This document shows positions 24,297 through 36,690 of a stretch of DNA of 64,000 nt, piece after piece. Source of the stretch: Oculina patagonica. Its lineage: Eukaryota. Every line of letters starts with the position of its first letter. Positions within the stretch are counted from its first letter, which is position 1. The notes beneath the pieces were generated by a model. That model did not search any database. It worked only from the letters and a program-made list of their open reading frames with translations, and was not told where the DNA came from. The stretch covers positions 4,774,001-4,838,000 of the forward strand of contig NC_135760.1 in NCBI RefSeq assembly GCF_052425735.1. The letters are read 5' to 3'. A program made the position numbers and the translations under genes.

Positions 24297-26552
24297 ATGG
24301 ATATACAAACCTTGCTAAACAATCTTCATGAAGAAGTATCCTGTCCTGTGTGTATGACAACGTTCACGGAACCAAAGCAGCTGCCCTGTTTACATAGTTT
24401 TTGTCTTCATTGCTTGGAAGGAATTCAACGAACGAGCGGACGCCGTGATATCATAGCATGCCCAGAATGCAGGAGAGAGATTAGACTCCCCACAAGTGGA
24501 AATCTTAACGATCTACCCACTAACTTTCGAATCAACAGTTTGCTGGATGTGTTGGCTATCAGAGAGTGCAGTACAGATGGCGTCAAATGCGGAAATTGCG
24601 ACAAAAAAAGCGCACAGAGCTCATACTGTTTCCAGTGCCTTGGATTCTGGTGTAGTCATTGTATTACAGCTCATAACATAATCCGCACTAACAGAGAGCA
24701 TAAACTGCTAGCGCTTAAAGACTTTCAAGATCAAGACATCGATGAGGTGTTAAAGCGACCAGCATTTTGTCCAAGGCCAGGCCACGAAAAGAAAGAATTG
24801 GAATTCTTTTGTGAAAAATGCGAAGTTCCCATTTGCAACGCCTGTGCTCTGACAAGTCATGAAGGTCACGCCAAGAAACTCTTGGAAGAAGCTGCAAATG
24901 AACGAAAGTTACAAATCAATTCTATGATTGAATTGCAAAAGGAAAAAGTGCAACAGAAGAGAAACAGAATCGCCAAACTTGACGAAAACTGCGTTCAGAT
25001 TGAAGCAAAGGCCGCTGCCGCGAAGCAAAACGTAAACAGGTTTGTTGAAAATCTGACGGCAGTTATCGAAGCGAAGAGGAGGGAAATATTAAACAAAGTG
25101 GAAATTCAAATGAAGGAATCTGTCGAGCGTCTGCGAACTCAACAATGCAAGGAAGACAATCAAGTGAAACTGATCGAGACAGAAATCGCGAAAACTAAAA
25201 CGCTTTTAAAGCGAGGTCCAAGCGCTGAGATTGTACAACTAGATAAACTCGCAATAAACACAATCTTTCAAGAAGGAGTCGGCGATGAAGGAGACGAAGT
25301 CTACTGTGACGTTGAAGACCTTTGTCAATTCATTTTCGTACAAAATGAAACATTAATGGAGAAAGCAATCACTGAAGGAATCGGCTCATTCAAAACATTC
25401 CTCAGCAAGACTGAAGCGCAGCAATCGAGCGCCGAAGGAAAAGAAATCAGTGAAGCAACTGTTGGACTTGAAGCAAACTTTGTTTTGACGACAAGAAATG
25501 CTGAAGGAGAACAATGTTACGAAGAGCGTGACTCGGTAACAGTGGACATTAGAAATCATCAAGGCCATGACTGTGCGACGAAAGCGCGAGTCCAAGATAA
25601 CAAGGATGGCAGCTACAATATCAGCTATTTTGCCAACGAAACTGGAAAATGCGACGTATCAGTGAAGGTAAATGATGAACACATCCGCGGTAGCCCTTAC
25701 AATGTTCAAGTGAAACCCAGACAGTACAGAACCGTGTTGTCTTTTGGAGAATACGGTTCGTCTGCTGGAATGCTTTGCTATCCTTGGGAGCTGGCAGTGA
25801 ATGAACGCAATGAAATCGCAGTTGCTGAGACTAGTAACCACAGGGTTTCAGTTTTTAGTAGTGATGGGACTCACTTACGATCGTTCGGTAGAAAGGGTGA
25901 TAAACAGGGAGAGTTCAAATTCCCTTGCGGCGTGGCTTTTGATAAGAATAGTAATATTATAGTAGCGGACAGGAATAACCACCGAGTCCAAGTTTTTAGT
26001 GAGCAGGGTGAGTACCTGAACCAGTTTGGTGGCCAAGGAAGTCTTGATCACCAGCTTATGTATCCTCATGGTTTATCTGTTGACAGTGACGGAAATGTTA
26101 TTGTTGCTGATTCAAATAACAAACTAATCAAGATATTTTCTCCTAGCGGTCAGTTTTTTCGTAAAATTGGCGGTGAAGGCTCTTTCACCTATCCCTATCA
26201 CTGTGTCGAATATGACAAGTATCTTATAGTGTCAGACAATCATGAACACTGTATCAAAGTGTTCAGTAGGGATGGGAATTTTCTGTACAAATTTGGAAAG
26301 AAGGGGGAGGGAGAAGGGGAATTCAATGACCCTGGTTACTTGTCAGTTAACAAGGCAGGACACCTGATGGTCTGTGATTCATACAATCACAGGGTTCAGG
26401 TTGTCGAACTGAGTGGAAAGATTGTAACAAAGTTTGGAACAAAAGGGAGCGGGATAGGAGAGTTTAATCAGCCATTCTCTACAGTAGTTCTTAGTGATGG
26501 TAGAATAGTTGTGTCTGACTTTCGTAATCATCGAATTCAGATGTTTCAGTAG
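24297..26552 (+). CDS. Intronless TRIM-NHL E3 ligase (TRIM71/TRIM2/3-like): RING, 2 B-boxes, coiled coil, filamin, 6 NHL; 751 aa
   Basis: RING CPVC..LPCLHSFCLHCL..CPEC; B-box Cys/His motifs; filamin DNKDGSY..HIRGSPY; NHL repeats F..P.G...D..NHR(V/I)Q; ATG in ATCATGG context. Confidence 0.95.
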   Translation: MDIQTLLNNLHEEVSCPVCMTTFTEPKQLPCLHSFCLHCLEGIQRTSGRRDIIACPECRREIRLPTSGNLNDLPTNFRINSLLDVLAIRECSTDGVKCGNCDKKSAQSSYCFQCLGFWCSHCITAHNIIRTNREHKLLALKDFQDQDIDEVLKRPAFCPRPGHEKKELEFFCEKCEVPICNACALTSHEGHAKKLLEEAANERKLQINSMIELQKEKVQQKRNRIAKLDENCVQIEAKAAAAKQNVNRFVENLTAVIEAKRREILNKVEIQMKESVERLRTQQCKEDNQVKLIETEIAKTKTLLKRGPSAEIVQLDKLAINTIFQEGVGDEGDEVYCDVEDLCQFIFVQNETLMEKAITEGIGSFKTFLSKTEAQQSSAEGKEISEATVGLEANFVLTTRNAEGEQCYEERDSVTVDIRNHQGHDCATKARVQDNKDGSYNISYFANETGKCDVSVKVNDEHIRGSPYNVQVKPRQYRTVLSFGEYGSSAGMLCYPWELAVNERNEIAVAETSNHRVSVFSSDGTHLRSFGRKGDKQGEFKFPCGVAFDKNSNIIVADRNNHRVQVFSEQGEYLNQFGGQGSLDHQLMYPHGLSVDSDGNVIVADSNNKLIKIFSPSGQFFRKIGGEGSFTYPYHCVEYDKYLIVSDNHEHCIKVFSRDGNFLYKFGKKGEGEGEFNDPGYLSVNKAGHLMVCDSYNHRVQVVELSGKIVTKFGTKGSGIGEFNQPFSTVVLSDGRIVVSDFRNHRIQMFQ

Positions 26553-28429
26553 CTTTGATATCAACTAACCTGTGACCTAATTAGTGAAACGATTTTGAAC
26601 TACTTGTCAACTTGTACCGTCGTTTTGGGGGACTATGTCTGTCTATAGTAAGTTACAAATTTGGAATGAAAGCTGCCAACCAAAATTTCTTTTTTAAGTG
26701 TGAGAGATTTAAGACAGAAAACTGAGATCTTTTAAATTTAAATGCCAGGGGGCTATAAACAATGTATTACCTAATTGTAGTAGATTAATTACTTGTCACC
26801 GAGGTAATCTGTTTTGAACTCGTAAGCCGAACGGTTGTAAATATCAGTTTACTAAAACTACTTAAAATTTTTTAAGGAATTTATATTGAAGTTTATTTAG
26901 CAAATATTGTTTCCTTGGATTTTCTGTAAATAAATAGTGAAACACGCTTTCCCTAAAATTAAGTAAATTTTTGTAAATTTAGCTACCAACAACTATTCTT
27001 AACTGTAGCCAGTTTAGATCACTTGTCATAGAAATAACTACACATTGTAACCTGTATTTTGATCTGTACCTTTTAAAACAAATTTTCAAAACATAAATTT
27101 GTTGTAAATAAGTAGTATTATATTTTGTGACATAAATAATCTGCGTGACATTTACTGATCATGACTTACGAAAACCTGATCAATACATCCTTGTAAGATG
27201 CGAAAAGGTAATGAAATGTGAATAAAATGAAGTTTTTTCCAGAGTTTAAACTGGTGACCATGTCATTATTGGGAGCAGTTTGTAGGGGCGTGATATGATT
27301 ACTTTTTAATTGGTTTGAAACAGAAGCTTATCACCTAGCGAGATGATAAGCTCTTGATTTGAAATGATATCATGTACTGGATTGTACTGGATATAACCTG
27401 AGTATACTAGAGTCAATAAGCTATTAACAAGGTTGGATATTGTTTTTCAAAAATTCATTCAATTTCCTAAAATCGAAATGGAAATTATTAGATGATTGAT
27501 TTTCAGAAATTTGTTTTTAAATTTGAATATTTATTGCTGCAGTGTGCTCTAAGCAAAAAGTGAGTGACGCATTTGATCGAGTGGAAACGTTGCCAGTAAA
27601 CAAATTTTCCCCACCACTTTAATCTCGAGAGAGATCATTCTCGATCCCAGGGCTTTTCCCTTGAGATTAAAAACTTGAATGACCAAGGTGTGTTAATTTT
27701 TGGCCAGTTTCGGGGTACCTCCGGATCTAATTCGTTATTCGTCGGTTGATACGAAATCCCGGAAAATCCCGTACCATTTGCTGTGTGCCATCACCTAGAG
27801 TATTATTCAAATTTTGCCTAAACTGAAATTAAGAATAAGGCCAAAAAAAATTAAATATTATCTTACTAGGTTATTACAGTTAGTTTTATAGAATGAGATA
27901 AGAGGGCTTCTTTACTTATCATGAAATCGCAAATCATGAGTAAAATGTCCTTCTACTCGCTTGAACTGCTTGTCAAAGCCAGCGCGTGTCACGTTGGCCG
28001 ATCGATAGGCATTGTGGGATGTTTCCTCTCCCACTGGCTGCCAATTATAAATAGAATTGAGTTCAAAATAATTTTTATTAGTTTTTGGATTCTTTCAGAT
28101 CAGTGGTCGATCTAGGGGAGGAGTCCGGGGGGTCCGGGTCCTCATTTTATTTTTAGGTCAAACTGAGGTCCGAATGGCCGGAGGAAATGATTTTCGAGTG
28201 TGCCCCCCTTATTTCAGGGTCTGGATAATCGCCCTCCCCCACATTAATCAATCCTGGCGTGACAGTGAAAACCAGTAATACCAAAACATCCCAAACCTTT
28301 ATTATTAATCACAAATTCAAGGTATCGGTGTTACCAATACAGAAATTATAAGCACTATGCCCGCTTGTAGTAAATAAAGTTATTTTAAAGTTCTTATTTC
28401 CCATTGTCTCCGTGCAGTGTAACAGAAGA

Positions 28430-31400
28430 TCATTGGACCAGTATGTACCCCATGGCTTTGATGTGTTTGTTGCCATTATCCGGGCTAAAGGCAGCCTCGT
28501 TGCCACACGTGTTTGTGTCGTCATGCGACCCTCCGGTCCCAAACCCGATCCTGGAGTCGCAGCTATTGCAATCATTTTCTTGATTGCCAATTATGCCAAT
28601 TCTTGCTTTAGCGCCATTGGGATTTCCTCCGATAGAATTGAACCCTTCTTGGTTGCAGTTGGTTTGAAGCGATGCCTCTGAACCAATCAGAGTCTTCCAT
28701 TTGTCTCGACCCAGGAACGTATCGCGATGCTCTCCATCGGCAATCAGCGAGTAAAGGGAGTTCGCGCTCTCTTCGAAAACGATAAAATTCCGTTGTCCGT
28801 TGGCCTCCATACCAAGGCAGATCTTGGTGAAGGGCGTGTTCCAGTATGACGGTAACTTGACTTCATTTGTGTCGAGTGCTGTTGCCCCTACCGGGAGTCC
28901 GTAGTCATTTTTGTCACTCCAGTAGGACGAATCGTAATGAAACGTGTTCTGCGTAGAAGAGAAAAAAAAAAGAAATTAACCAGACTAAAAGGATATGTTG
29001 CATGGATCTTTGTCAAGATACCTGATTTTACTTATTTGTTTACACCTCTTGCCCACCGGCCTTTCACTCGCGCGCTGTTCTTTTGAACAACGAGCAAACT
29101 CTCACCATTTAAGAGATTAAATAAAGATTTGCTACAAAATAAAATTTAAAATGTGCTCAAGCTACCCCTGCGTGAATATTCTTATGAGCCAGGACTTCCA
29201 CTTGCGCCTCCCCTTTCCACCTTCCCCCTCAAAAGTCCCCACGGGATGAATAGACCTCTCCTGGACTATTCAACAGTCACCCTCATCTTTAGAAACTACT
29301 ACATTTGTCCTTTCTTCCCGTATATAGTTCGTCAAAGGAGTATCAAAAATAAAAATAAAATTAAATTAAAAAAAGCAGAGAAACAACATAAACACGCTAA
29401 AAAGTGTCGAGAAAACGAGTGAAAAGAGAGAGTGCTTGTAGTCTACTATGTATTGTACCTTAGAGCCGTCTATCTTCATCACCAGTGTCCATCCTCCACC
29501 GCCGCATTCACCGAGGCCGGCGTCACTCATGTGACAGTAAACAGATATTTTTCCAACATCCTGCATCGTCAAATCGTAAGGTTGGTCTTCCTGTGCCCTG
29601 AAAGATCGTAAGTAACCGATTTGACTTCGTTCTAAAAAATTCTGAATATTATCTCATACGAAAGGCGAATGAACCATAGCTGAAAATGCGACAGCCTAGT
29701 CGCTAAGAATTCTCTCTTTCTTGTTTTATGACCACTTTCGGTGACGTCACTGCTCACGATAGAGTCCAGACTCTACTCAGCTCCCTGAGCCGTGAACGCG
29801 CGGCCTAACGCCTAGGAACTAGGTTGGCGGTGAGACGGGTCAGTGAGACCCAAGTAAGATTAAAAATGACAGATAGAAAACAAAGCAAAACAATAATGTG
29901 TGAGAAGCAAGCCAGCTGAGTAAGGTCAGGATATTTAAGAACATCCTAAGAACCCACCCGAGTCTAAATTTTGGTAAAAACTTCGACAATAAAAATGTAG
30001 TCCTTTTAGGAGGAGGGGAGAGGGTGGAGGCGGTGAAGAGATTAGATCAACGCCCTTCTTCTGTAAGGCAATAGAGCCATTTTGAACTGAAAAACGGGAA
30101 GTTGGCTTAAAAGAAGTAACAGTCAGCAATACTTACTTGGACTTGTCATAAATCTCTTTGCACGAAGCTGCTGGTTCTGGTGACCCGGAACCTATTTCAA
30201 CAACAAAAAAGAAACGTAAGTTTGCTAATCTCCGTTAAATTACTTATGATTAATTAGAGCAGTTTTCAATTGAGTGTTTGTAAAACCAAAACCAAAGTAA
30301 TTACTCCGGCCAATCACAACGTGTCCTTGAAGGACACAGACAATCCAGTGAACCAATCAAAACTCGAAGCAAATACATGTAGCTGGCACGAAGCGCGGGA
30401 AAACGTGCGCGAGCGAGTCACGATTGGTTTTGGTTTTAGTTCTGATTGGCTGAGAGCCTGAGAAAGTGGCGCGAGATTTTTAGCCAATCATTGAGCATAG
30501 TAATGCAAAACCAAAGCAAACGCAATTTACTTTCGACACTCAAGTGAAAACCGCTCTAACGAGATAAACCGGAACCTATTAAAACAAAAAATCGGTCCGC
30601 GATGCGTACGTGTGGGGGCTTGATAATTTCAAATTTGATTCTTCTTTTTTGTGAATTCATTTAGTACATTCAATAACTTTAAGGCTGCTATTTATTGCGG
30701 CAAATAATCTTTGCGATTTTCAGCAAATCGCCAAATTTAGTAGCCACAGTAATTTCTACTCGCGAGATTTACCCTGTTTTGCAGTTTAAGCAAGATCAAA
30801 AAACAAGATCAAGGAGCTCTTCGAGCCACGACTGACTTTTTTGCCAAGTTAAAAAGTTCAGTTTTCATTCCTTGAAAATTTATGTGCAACAGTGATTCAA
30901 ACATTGATAGCGGAATGTCTATTACATTGATATAACATATTTTCACCTAACTTTAAAAGTATAATTGAGAGGCGCACTCGGGTAGGCATCTTACTGGGAA
31001 ACGATAGTTCGCGAGAGGTCCCGAGTTCGAACCCCAGAGGAGACAATTTTTTTTTCTTTTTTCCTTTTTTTTTCCTTTTTTAACCAGTAGCACTAAAATG
31101 GTTTGTTTATTATATCGCTGCATTGCAGAATAATTAACATATATCAGAACATATAGCCATATAGACTGATTCAAGTACAAATGTATTAAATTGTCCTGTT
31201 TCATCTGAAAAGCTCTTCCTTTTATTCCCAACAACTGGCAGCCACGCACGCGATTTTAGCCAACGCTCTGGTTACTAGATAGATCCATCGTTAATGAAGC
31301 TTATGTGAAACCCGATTTAGTTTTCGAATATTCCTACATAGGCCGTTTTACGGATATTGACTTTGCCCCTTCGCATCCTATAATATATATTTTTCTTTTA

Positions 31401-31799
31401 TTATGGTAATTGCGGAATTATCACAATAAAAAAATAAATCATTTTAATAAGCATTATAGGATTCGAAGGGGGCAAAATGCCGTATCCGTAAAACGGCCTA
31501 TGTACGACGCTAGCTGGACATATACGAAAGAGATCGATTATTACATCGCTTTTCGTAAGCGTAAAAGCTCCTCTTGAATTGATGTGCAACCTGCACAGAC
31601 TTCCAGCCAAACGAAATGTTGGCTAGTATGACTTCGTGAGCTGCTGTAATGACGAGCAACTACAGGAACAGCTGAAATTAAAGAAACCACACAAAACGAC
31701 ACGCCAAAATCCAATATAGCCTACTCGACACGCACCGCCGACCTCATCCCCAGGCTCTCTCGCAGAAGACCACGTGACGCAAGCAAACCCACGCACAAA

Positions 31800-31834
<35 letters not shown>

Positions 31835-32678
31835 ATCCCTCAGTCGATGCCAATGTGGAGGCTTTGCCCCCACAAAAAACGAAACGTAAGTTTGCTAATC
31901 TCCGTTAAATTACTTATGATTAATTATGATTTTGGGGAAGTGACGAGAAGTCGGGATTCTACTGTGAATATGAACGAGCTCAAAGAATTAAGTGAGTCGG
32001 CTGTGTGTCACATAACACAATATTAAAAACCATTTATTGATGCCCTCCCGCGTTTAAATTTTGGTTAAAAGCATTCCGGATTTCTTTTGCGTTTCTCTAC
32101 AGTTTCAAGTCAAAACCACAGGGTTTTGTGTTGTTATAAGTCCAGTTTATATGCAATGCAATAGAATGATCTTAAATTGCACCGTGGCGTACCCTCTTTA
32201 AATCAAGAAACAAAAAGACGCGAGCAAACTGTATTATAAAAATTTGTCTGAATTTTTTTTCGGAATTTGCATTCATATCATAGCTTATATTATTACGTGG
32301 GTGAAAGAAACACCGCCTTTCTTTAATGAGACGAAAACAGTCGTAAAGACGTTTTATAAAGCTACAAAAACGCACATACATTTCCATTGCTTTTTCTATG
32401 CTAAAATTGACGTTTTCACACTTCATCTAACTTTGAAGAACAGAATGAGTAAACTTACCTGACGAAGAACCACTTCCACTAGTCCCTCCACTCGCCAACA
32501 GCTTGGCTAACGTGGCATTTATCTGGTCTAACTTCGCATCTATCTGCTGGAGGTCAGCTAACTTCGCATTTATCTTCTGGAGTTCATTACAAGCACGGCA
32601 TCTTTTACCTTTTACGACAACATGGAATATGCTTGTAAAATTAAGCAACAGAAGAACTATTGCCGTGGACAGCTTCAT
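28430..32678 (-). CDS. Intact secreted USOMP5-like protein, 310 aa; exons 32678-32459, 30191-30137, 29597-29459, 28948-28430
   Basis: All junctions are GT-AG, phases 1/2/0, total 933 nt with no internal stop. MKLSTAIVLLLL signal peptide, heptad coiled coil, GS linker, then SCKEI..VYCHM..GGGWTLVMKIDG..KAMGYILVQ. Confidence 0.9.
30256..30557. mobile_element. MITE (AGAGCAGTTTTCAATTGAGTGT family)
   Basis: TIR AGAGCAGTTTTCA / TGAAAACCGCTCT; second copy at 40222-40504. Confidence 0.85.
31339..31500. mobile_element. Palindromic MITE
   Basis: TAGGCCGTTTTACGGATA / TATCCGTAAAACGGCCTA. Confidence 0.75.
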
Positions 32679-33079
32679 TCTCCAATTCTTCGAGAAAAAC
32701 CTCAAGAGATAAACTGAGCTTCGACTTTAACTTCGACGACGTGTTCTTCTTGTATATGGGCTGCTTAACTGGCCTGGTCAGTTTCTATGAACATGTTTCT
32801 GCTCGCAAAATGAACAACTGAGAATTAGTGACAGTTGTTTCCTAGGATAATTTCAGCTATCTGAGCGGAGAATTTCTGCCTTGTCGATCAAGTAAACAAA
32901 CTCAAACCCTTAACCAATTCCAAATCTCTATTAACCCTAAAACCTAACACAAACATTCATCTCTAACCCTAAATCTTATCCTTATTCCTACCATAATTCA
33001 AAACCTAACCCTTAATACCCTAAAACAAAATTCACGTCTGAGAAAATAGTGACAGATGGTACCTTAATGCCGGAATTAA

Positions 33080-33235
33080 ATAGGCTTCTTTCGACGTATT
33101 AAAATTTAGCTTAGTGGCGAGGCCTAGAGCACACGAACAAAAGAAATTTTACAAGCATGTTTGTTCATTTCTTTTGTTTGTGTCCTCTAGGCCTCGCTAC
33201 CAAGCTGAATTTTAATACAATCAAAATAAACCTAT
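33080..33235. mobile_element. Palindromic MITE upstream of the USOMP5-like gene
   Basis: GTATTAAAATTTAGCTTAGTGGCGAGGCCTAGAG / CTCTAGGCCTCGCTACCAAGCTGAATTTTAATAC. Confidence 0.7.
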
Positions 33236-34252
33236 TTCAGCTAACGGGTAGAATTTTTGCCTTCATTTGTCGATCAGATAAATACATTTCAAAGATCCAT
33301 CGAGGAATTTAGAGAGTATTTCTGATCATGATTCATTGCTAGAAACCAAGGCTACAATTAAGGGTGGGAAGTATGTTTTCCTGTGTAAGAGGGCAGATTT
33401 CAGATCAGAGTTTGAATAAGTTCGGTCTCTTTAACATTCTCAAAAATGTGGACGTGGGAAAGCCTCAAATGTGTTGAAATTTAGAAAAATATAGTAGTAA
33501 GCATTTTGTCAAGGCATATTCCCAGTTTTGTGCTGCCGGGTCATTTCAGAGTAATCCAATGAAATGAAAAAGATTCTTCTCTCATTTCGTAGTCATTTGC
33601 ATTCATTACCTTTCCGTATTATATACCATGAATGCGGCATACTTTATGATCACATCTTTATTCCCACGCCACAATTTCTAACCCCGGAGTAACTGGTGAT
33701 AAAATGCAGAATAAGTTGGTATATACTGGCTGTAAACTTAGTAAAACTCAACAAAAATCTCAACCCTTTATTAACAATCTTCCACGCGCACCCCCACGCA
33801 GCCCATCCCTCATTTTTTCACAGTTGACGCACCACGGAGAACCTGCTCTCTTACGCAGAAAAGTCATATCACAACCGGTTATTATCGCACTGGTTTTTTG
33901 TCAAAAAATGTCTTAACAATTTTGTCCCCCAAGGCTTCCAAAAAATGCTGATTAACTGAACTTTAATGACGTGTTCTCCTCGCGTGCGCTGCCTAACCAA
34001 CCTAGTCTTTTTATGAGCATTTCTTCTGCAGTCGCAAAATCGACATCCGAGAACTGGTAATATATGCTACCTAGGAAAATTCAGCCAACTGGAAGAATTT
34101 CTGCCTTGTCGATCAGGTGACTAAAATATACATTAGCAGTCTTTTAGCTTGCCAGAGGAATTAAGAGGGTATTTCTGGTCCGTATTTATTCCATATTTCG
34201 ACTTATCTTTACCTTTTTCCCACGTCCAAACTTAAGAATGGCACTCCTGTGT

Positions 34253-35107
34253 GGGCGTGTTTAAAACACGAAATGGCGAAATGGCGAAATGGCGAAACGG
34301 CGAAATGGCGAAATGATACTGAAGATAAAAGCCAAAGTTATACGATATTACCGTTGTACTGGAATTTTCATATGTTGCCGAATTCATCCTTGTAGATAAG
34401 TCCCGAAAAATAAAAGAAACTGCAATCACAAATTCTCCGTCACGTAGACCCGTCACGAACCTAACACGAACCTATGGGTAATTTGGATTCCAGTCTCTCC
34501 CTGTTAACAGGGCGCTGTTTGATACGCCTAGGACATTCTTGATCGAGATGTCGGCATTTCGTTTAGACATTGGAAGAAAATGATTTGTTTATCTCGTATT
34601 TACCACCGAGTCTCGGCTATGAAGTAATGCTTTGAGCTCCAACATTCAAAAGAAATGGATTAACAAAACCAAACCTACTTTGCGATAAAGTTCCGGGTAA
34701 AGTTCATACACGATATCAGTGGCAAACGTTCTTTGTACAGAAACGGAGTAACGTTCGATGTCTATATCAGTCCTTCGATACAATGTAAGCTCTGTAGTGC
34801 AGTGCAGATACTGATAGGCAACTTGGCAAGTGCTAAATGAAAAAAATATCCTGGTTTGCTGCGACCTTTCAGCATTGTGATAAGTGACAAGTATTCATTA
34901 TATTTCTGGGCCAGAACATTGAAATGTTCCCTTGAAATAATTCAGTCTAGACATGTAAACAGAACTACCTTGAAGTTCAAAAGGAAACCAAACTATATTA
35001 TTCACGTGTATTTATCTTAACATTTCGCCATTTCGTCATTTCGCCATTTCGCCATTTCGCCGTTTCGCCATTTCGCCATTTCGCCATTTCGTGTTTTAAA
35101 CACGCCC
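34253..35107. mobile_element. Non-autonomous Mutator-like element with subterminal (GAAATGGC)n arrays
   Basis: TIR GGGCGTGTTTAAAACACGAAATGGCG; 9-bp TSD CTCCTGTGT at 34244-34252 and 35108-35116. Confidence 0.9.
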
Positions 35108-36253
35108 CTCCTGTGTTAAAGACCAAACTGTTTCGAACTTTCTCAAACATGGTGTTAACATACTGACAGCCAATCTTATCATCTTATCCCAAGGGAATAT
35201 TCTCTTTCTTATCCTTATCTGCACTATAACACAAGAAAGATATACTTCCGACCTTGTAGGCTTAGTTCCTTGAATATAAAAGCACTTAGAATTTTTAGCG
35301 TACTTTCCCAGCTTCACGTGCACTTACGGATCATGTCAGAGTGAGTTTCTGCTCTCGTGTCGTAGTCATTTGCATTCGTTAACTTTCCGAGTTTTATACC
35401 GAGGATGCGTGCATACTGCATTATTTCTCCCATATTGTGATAATATGCAGAATTCTTTGAGAACTAAACCTTAAACATGCTGTAACTGAACTCCTTTCGT
35501 TTTCTGTAATTAAAATATGGAATAATACTCCTGTGAGGGAATAAAATATAGCTGAATTTGGGAAGAATAAAAAAATATAAAAGCCAACGTAGAAAATATT
35601 TGTTTTTCTGAGTTTTCAGTTTAGCAAGTTCTGTCTACTGTTCTTGTCGTCTCCGAAGATTTGTTTGCTGTAAAAGATCCCAGCCTTCCGGCAGCCAGCA
35701 AATTTCCCCAGGAATAGCAGAGTTTCTACAGGTTTTTATAACAGGCTTCCCCAGGTCAAAAATCTGTTATCTCACTCCAACATAACGAAAACTTCGAGAA
35801 AGAAAATAAGGCAGAACAATTTTGATATATGCTGATTTGCGTTGTCGGTGTCAGTTTTGCGTGTATATCAAAACCCATTCGCTTTAATAACGTTACCCGG
35901 ATGGTCTAAAGGCTGGTTTTTATTGGGCATAAGCACAACTATAAGCGCAAGCCGCATAAGCATAACCGCATAAGTAGAACGAATATATTCGAGAAAGGTT
36001 GTTGGGAAAAAGCGCAAAAGTGCACGCGACAAGACCGAAAGGTGGTTTGGGTTTTCACTTGAATTTTGCATATTGGCCTAGAAGAAATGTACAAGTTTGT
36101 ATTTTTGCACGTGAAAATTTTGTTTGGCCTCTCACACCTTTTTCTGTAGCTTTGCTTTTTCTGTCGCATGTCTTTGAGTTTTTATAATTCTTCTAAAATT
36201 CAGCGTGGCTCAAAGTACCTTGTTTCCACATGTCTGAAGAGAACATGCAGATA

Positions 36254-36690
36254 CCGTATTTATTCGATTAAGCGCCCAACCTCGAATAAGCGCCCACCTC
36301 GAATAAGCGCCCATCCTGTAGGTAGGAAAGGTATATTATATTTAAAAAAAAGCGCCCAGCCTCGAATAAGCGCCCACCCCCCTAAAATGAGGGCAAAAGA
36401 GGAATTTTGATTATTGTTGAAGTTGAGATTAAAATTGACTAAGTACTACTAAGAGACTATACCGAAGACCGAGTTTTTTAGTATTTTTTACTGAAACGTT
36501 CAATGAACATTTAAAATTCAGCTTTCGTATACCTTCACGTTTAGTTAATATACATGGTTTAATTGTAAAAAGAAACGTACTGCTTGCTTCAAATGGTGAA
36601 AATTTAATAAGCGTCCATCCTCGAATAAGCGCCCACCTCGAATAAGCGCCCACCCTCAAGGTCCAAAAATTTAATAAGCGCCCAGGGTAT
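36254..36690. mobile_element. Tc1/mariner-type MITE remnant
   Basis: TA|CCGTATTTATTCGATTAAGCGCC left end and repeated GAATAAGCGCCCACC motifs; right TIR missing. Confidence 0.65.

Noticed and set aside
30970-31045. tRNA gene
   Set aside because: Only a B-box-like GAGTTCGAACCC with no complete cloverleaf; likely a repeat remnant.
32925-33025. Interstitial telomeric repeat
   Set aside because: Only scattered, degenerate TAACCC motifs, typical of TE-associated low-complexity sequence.
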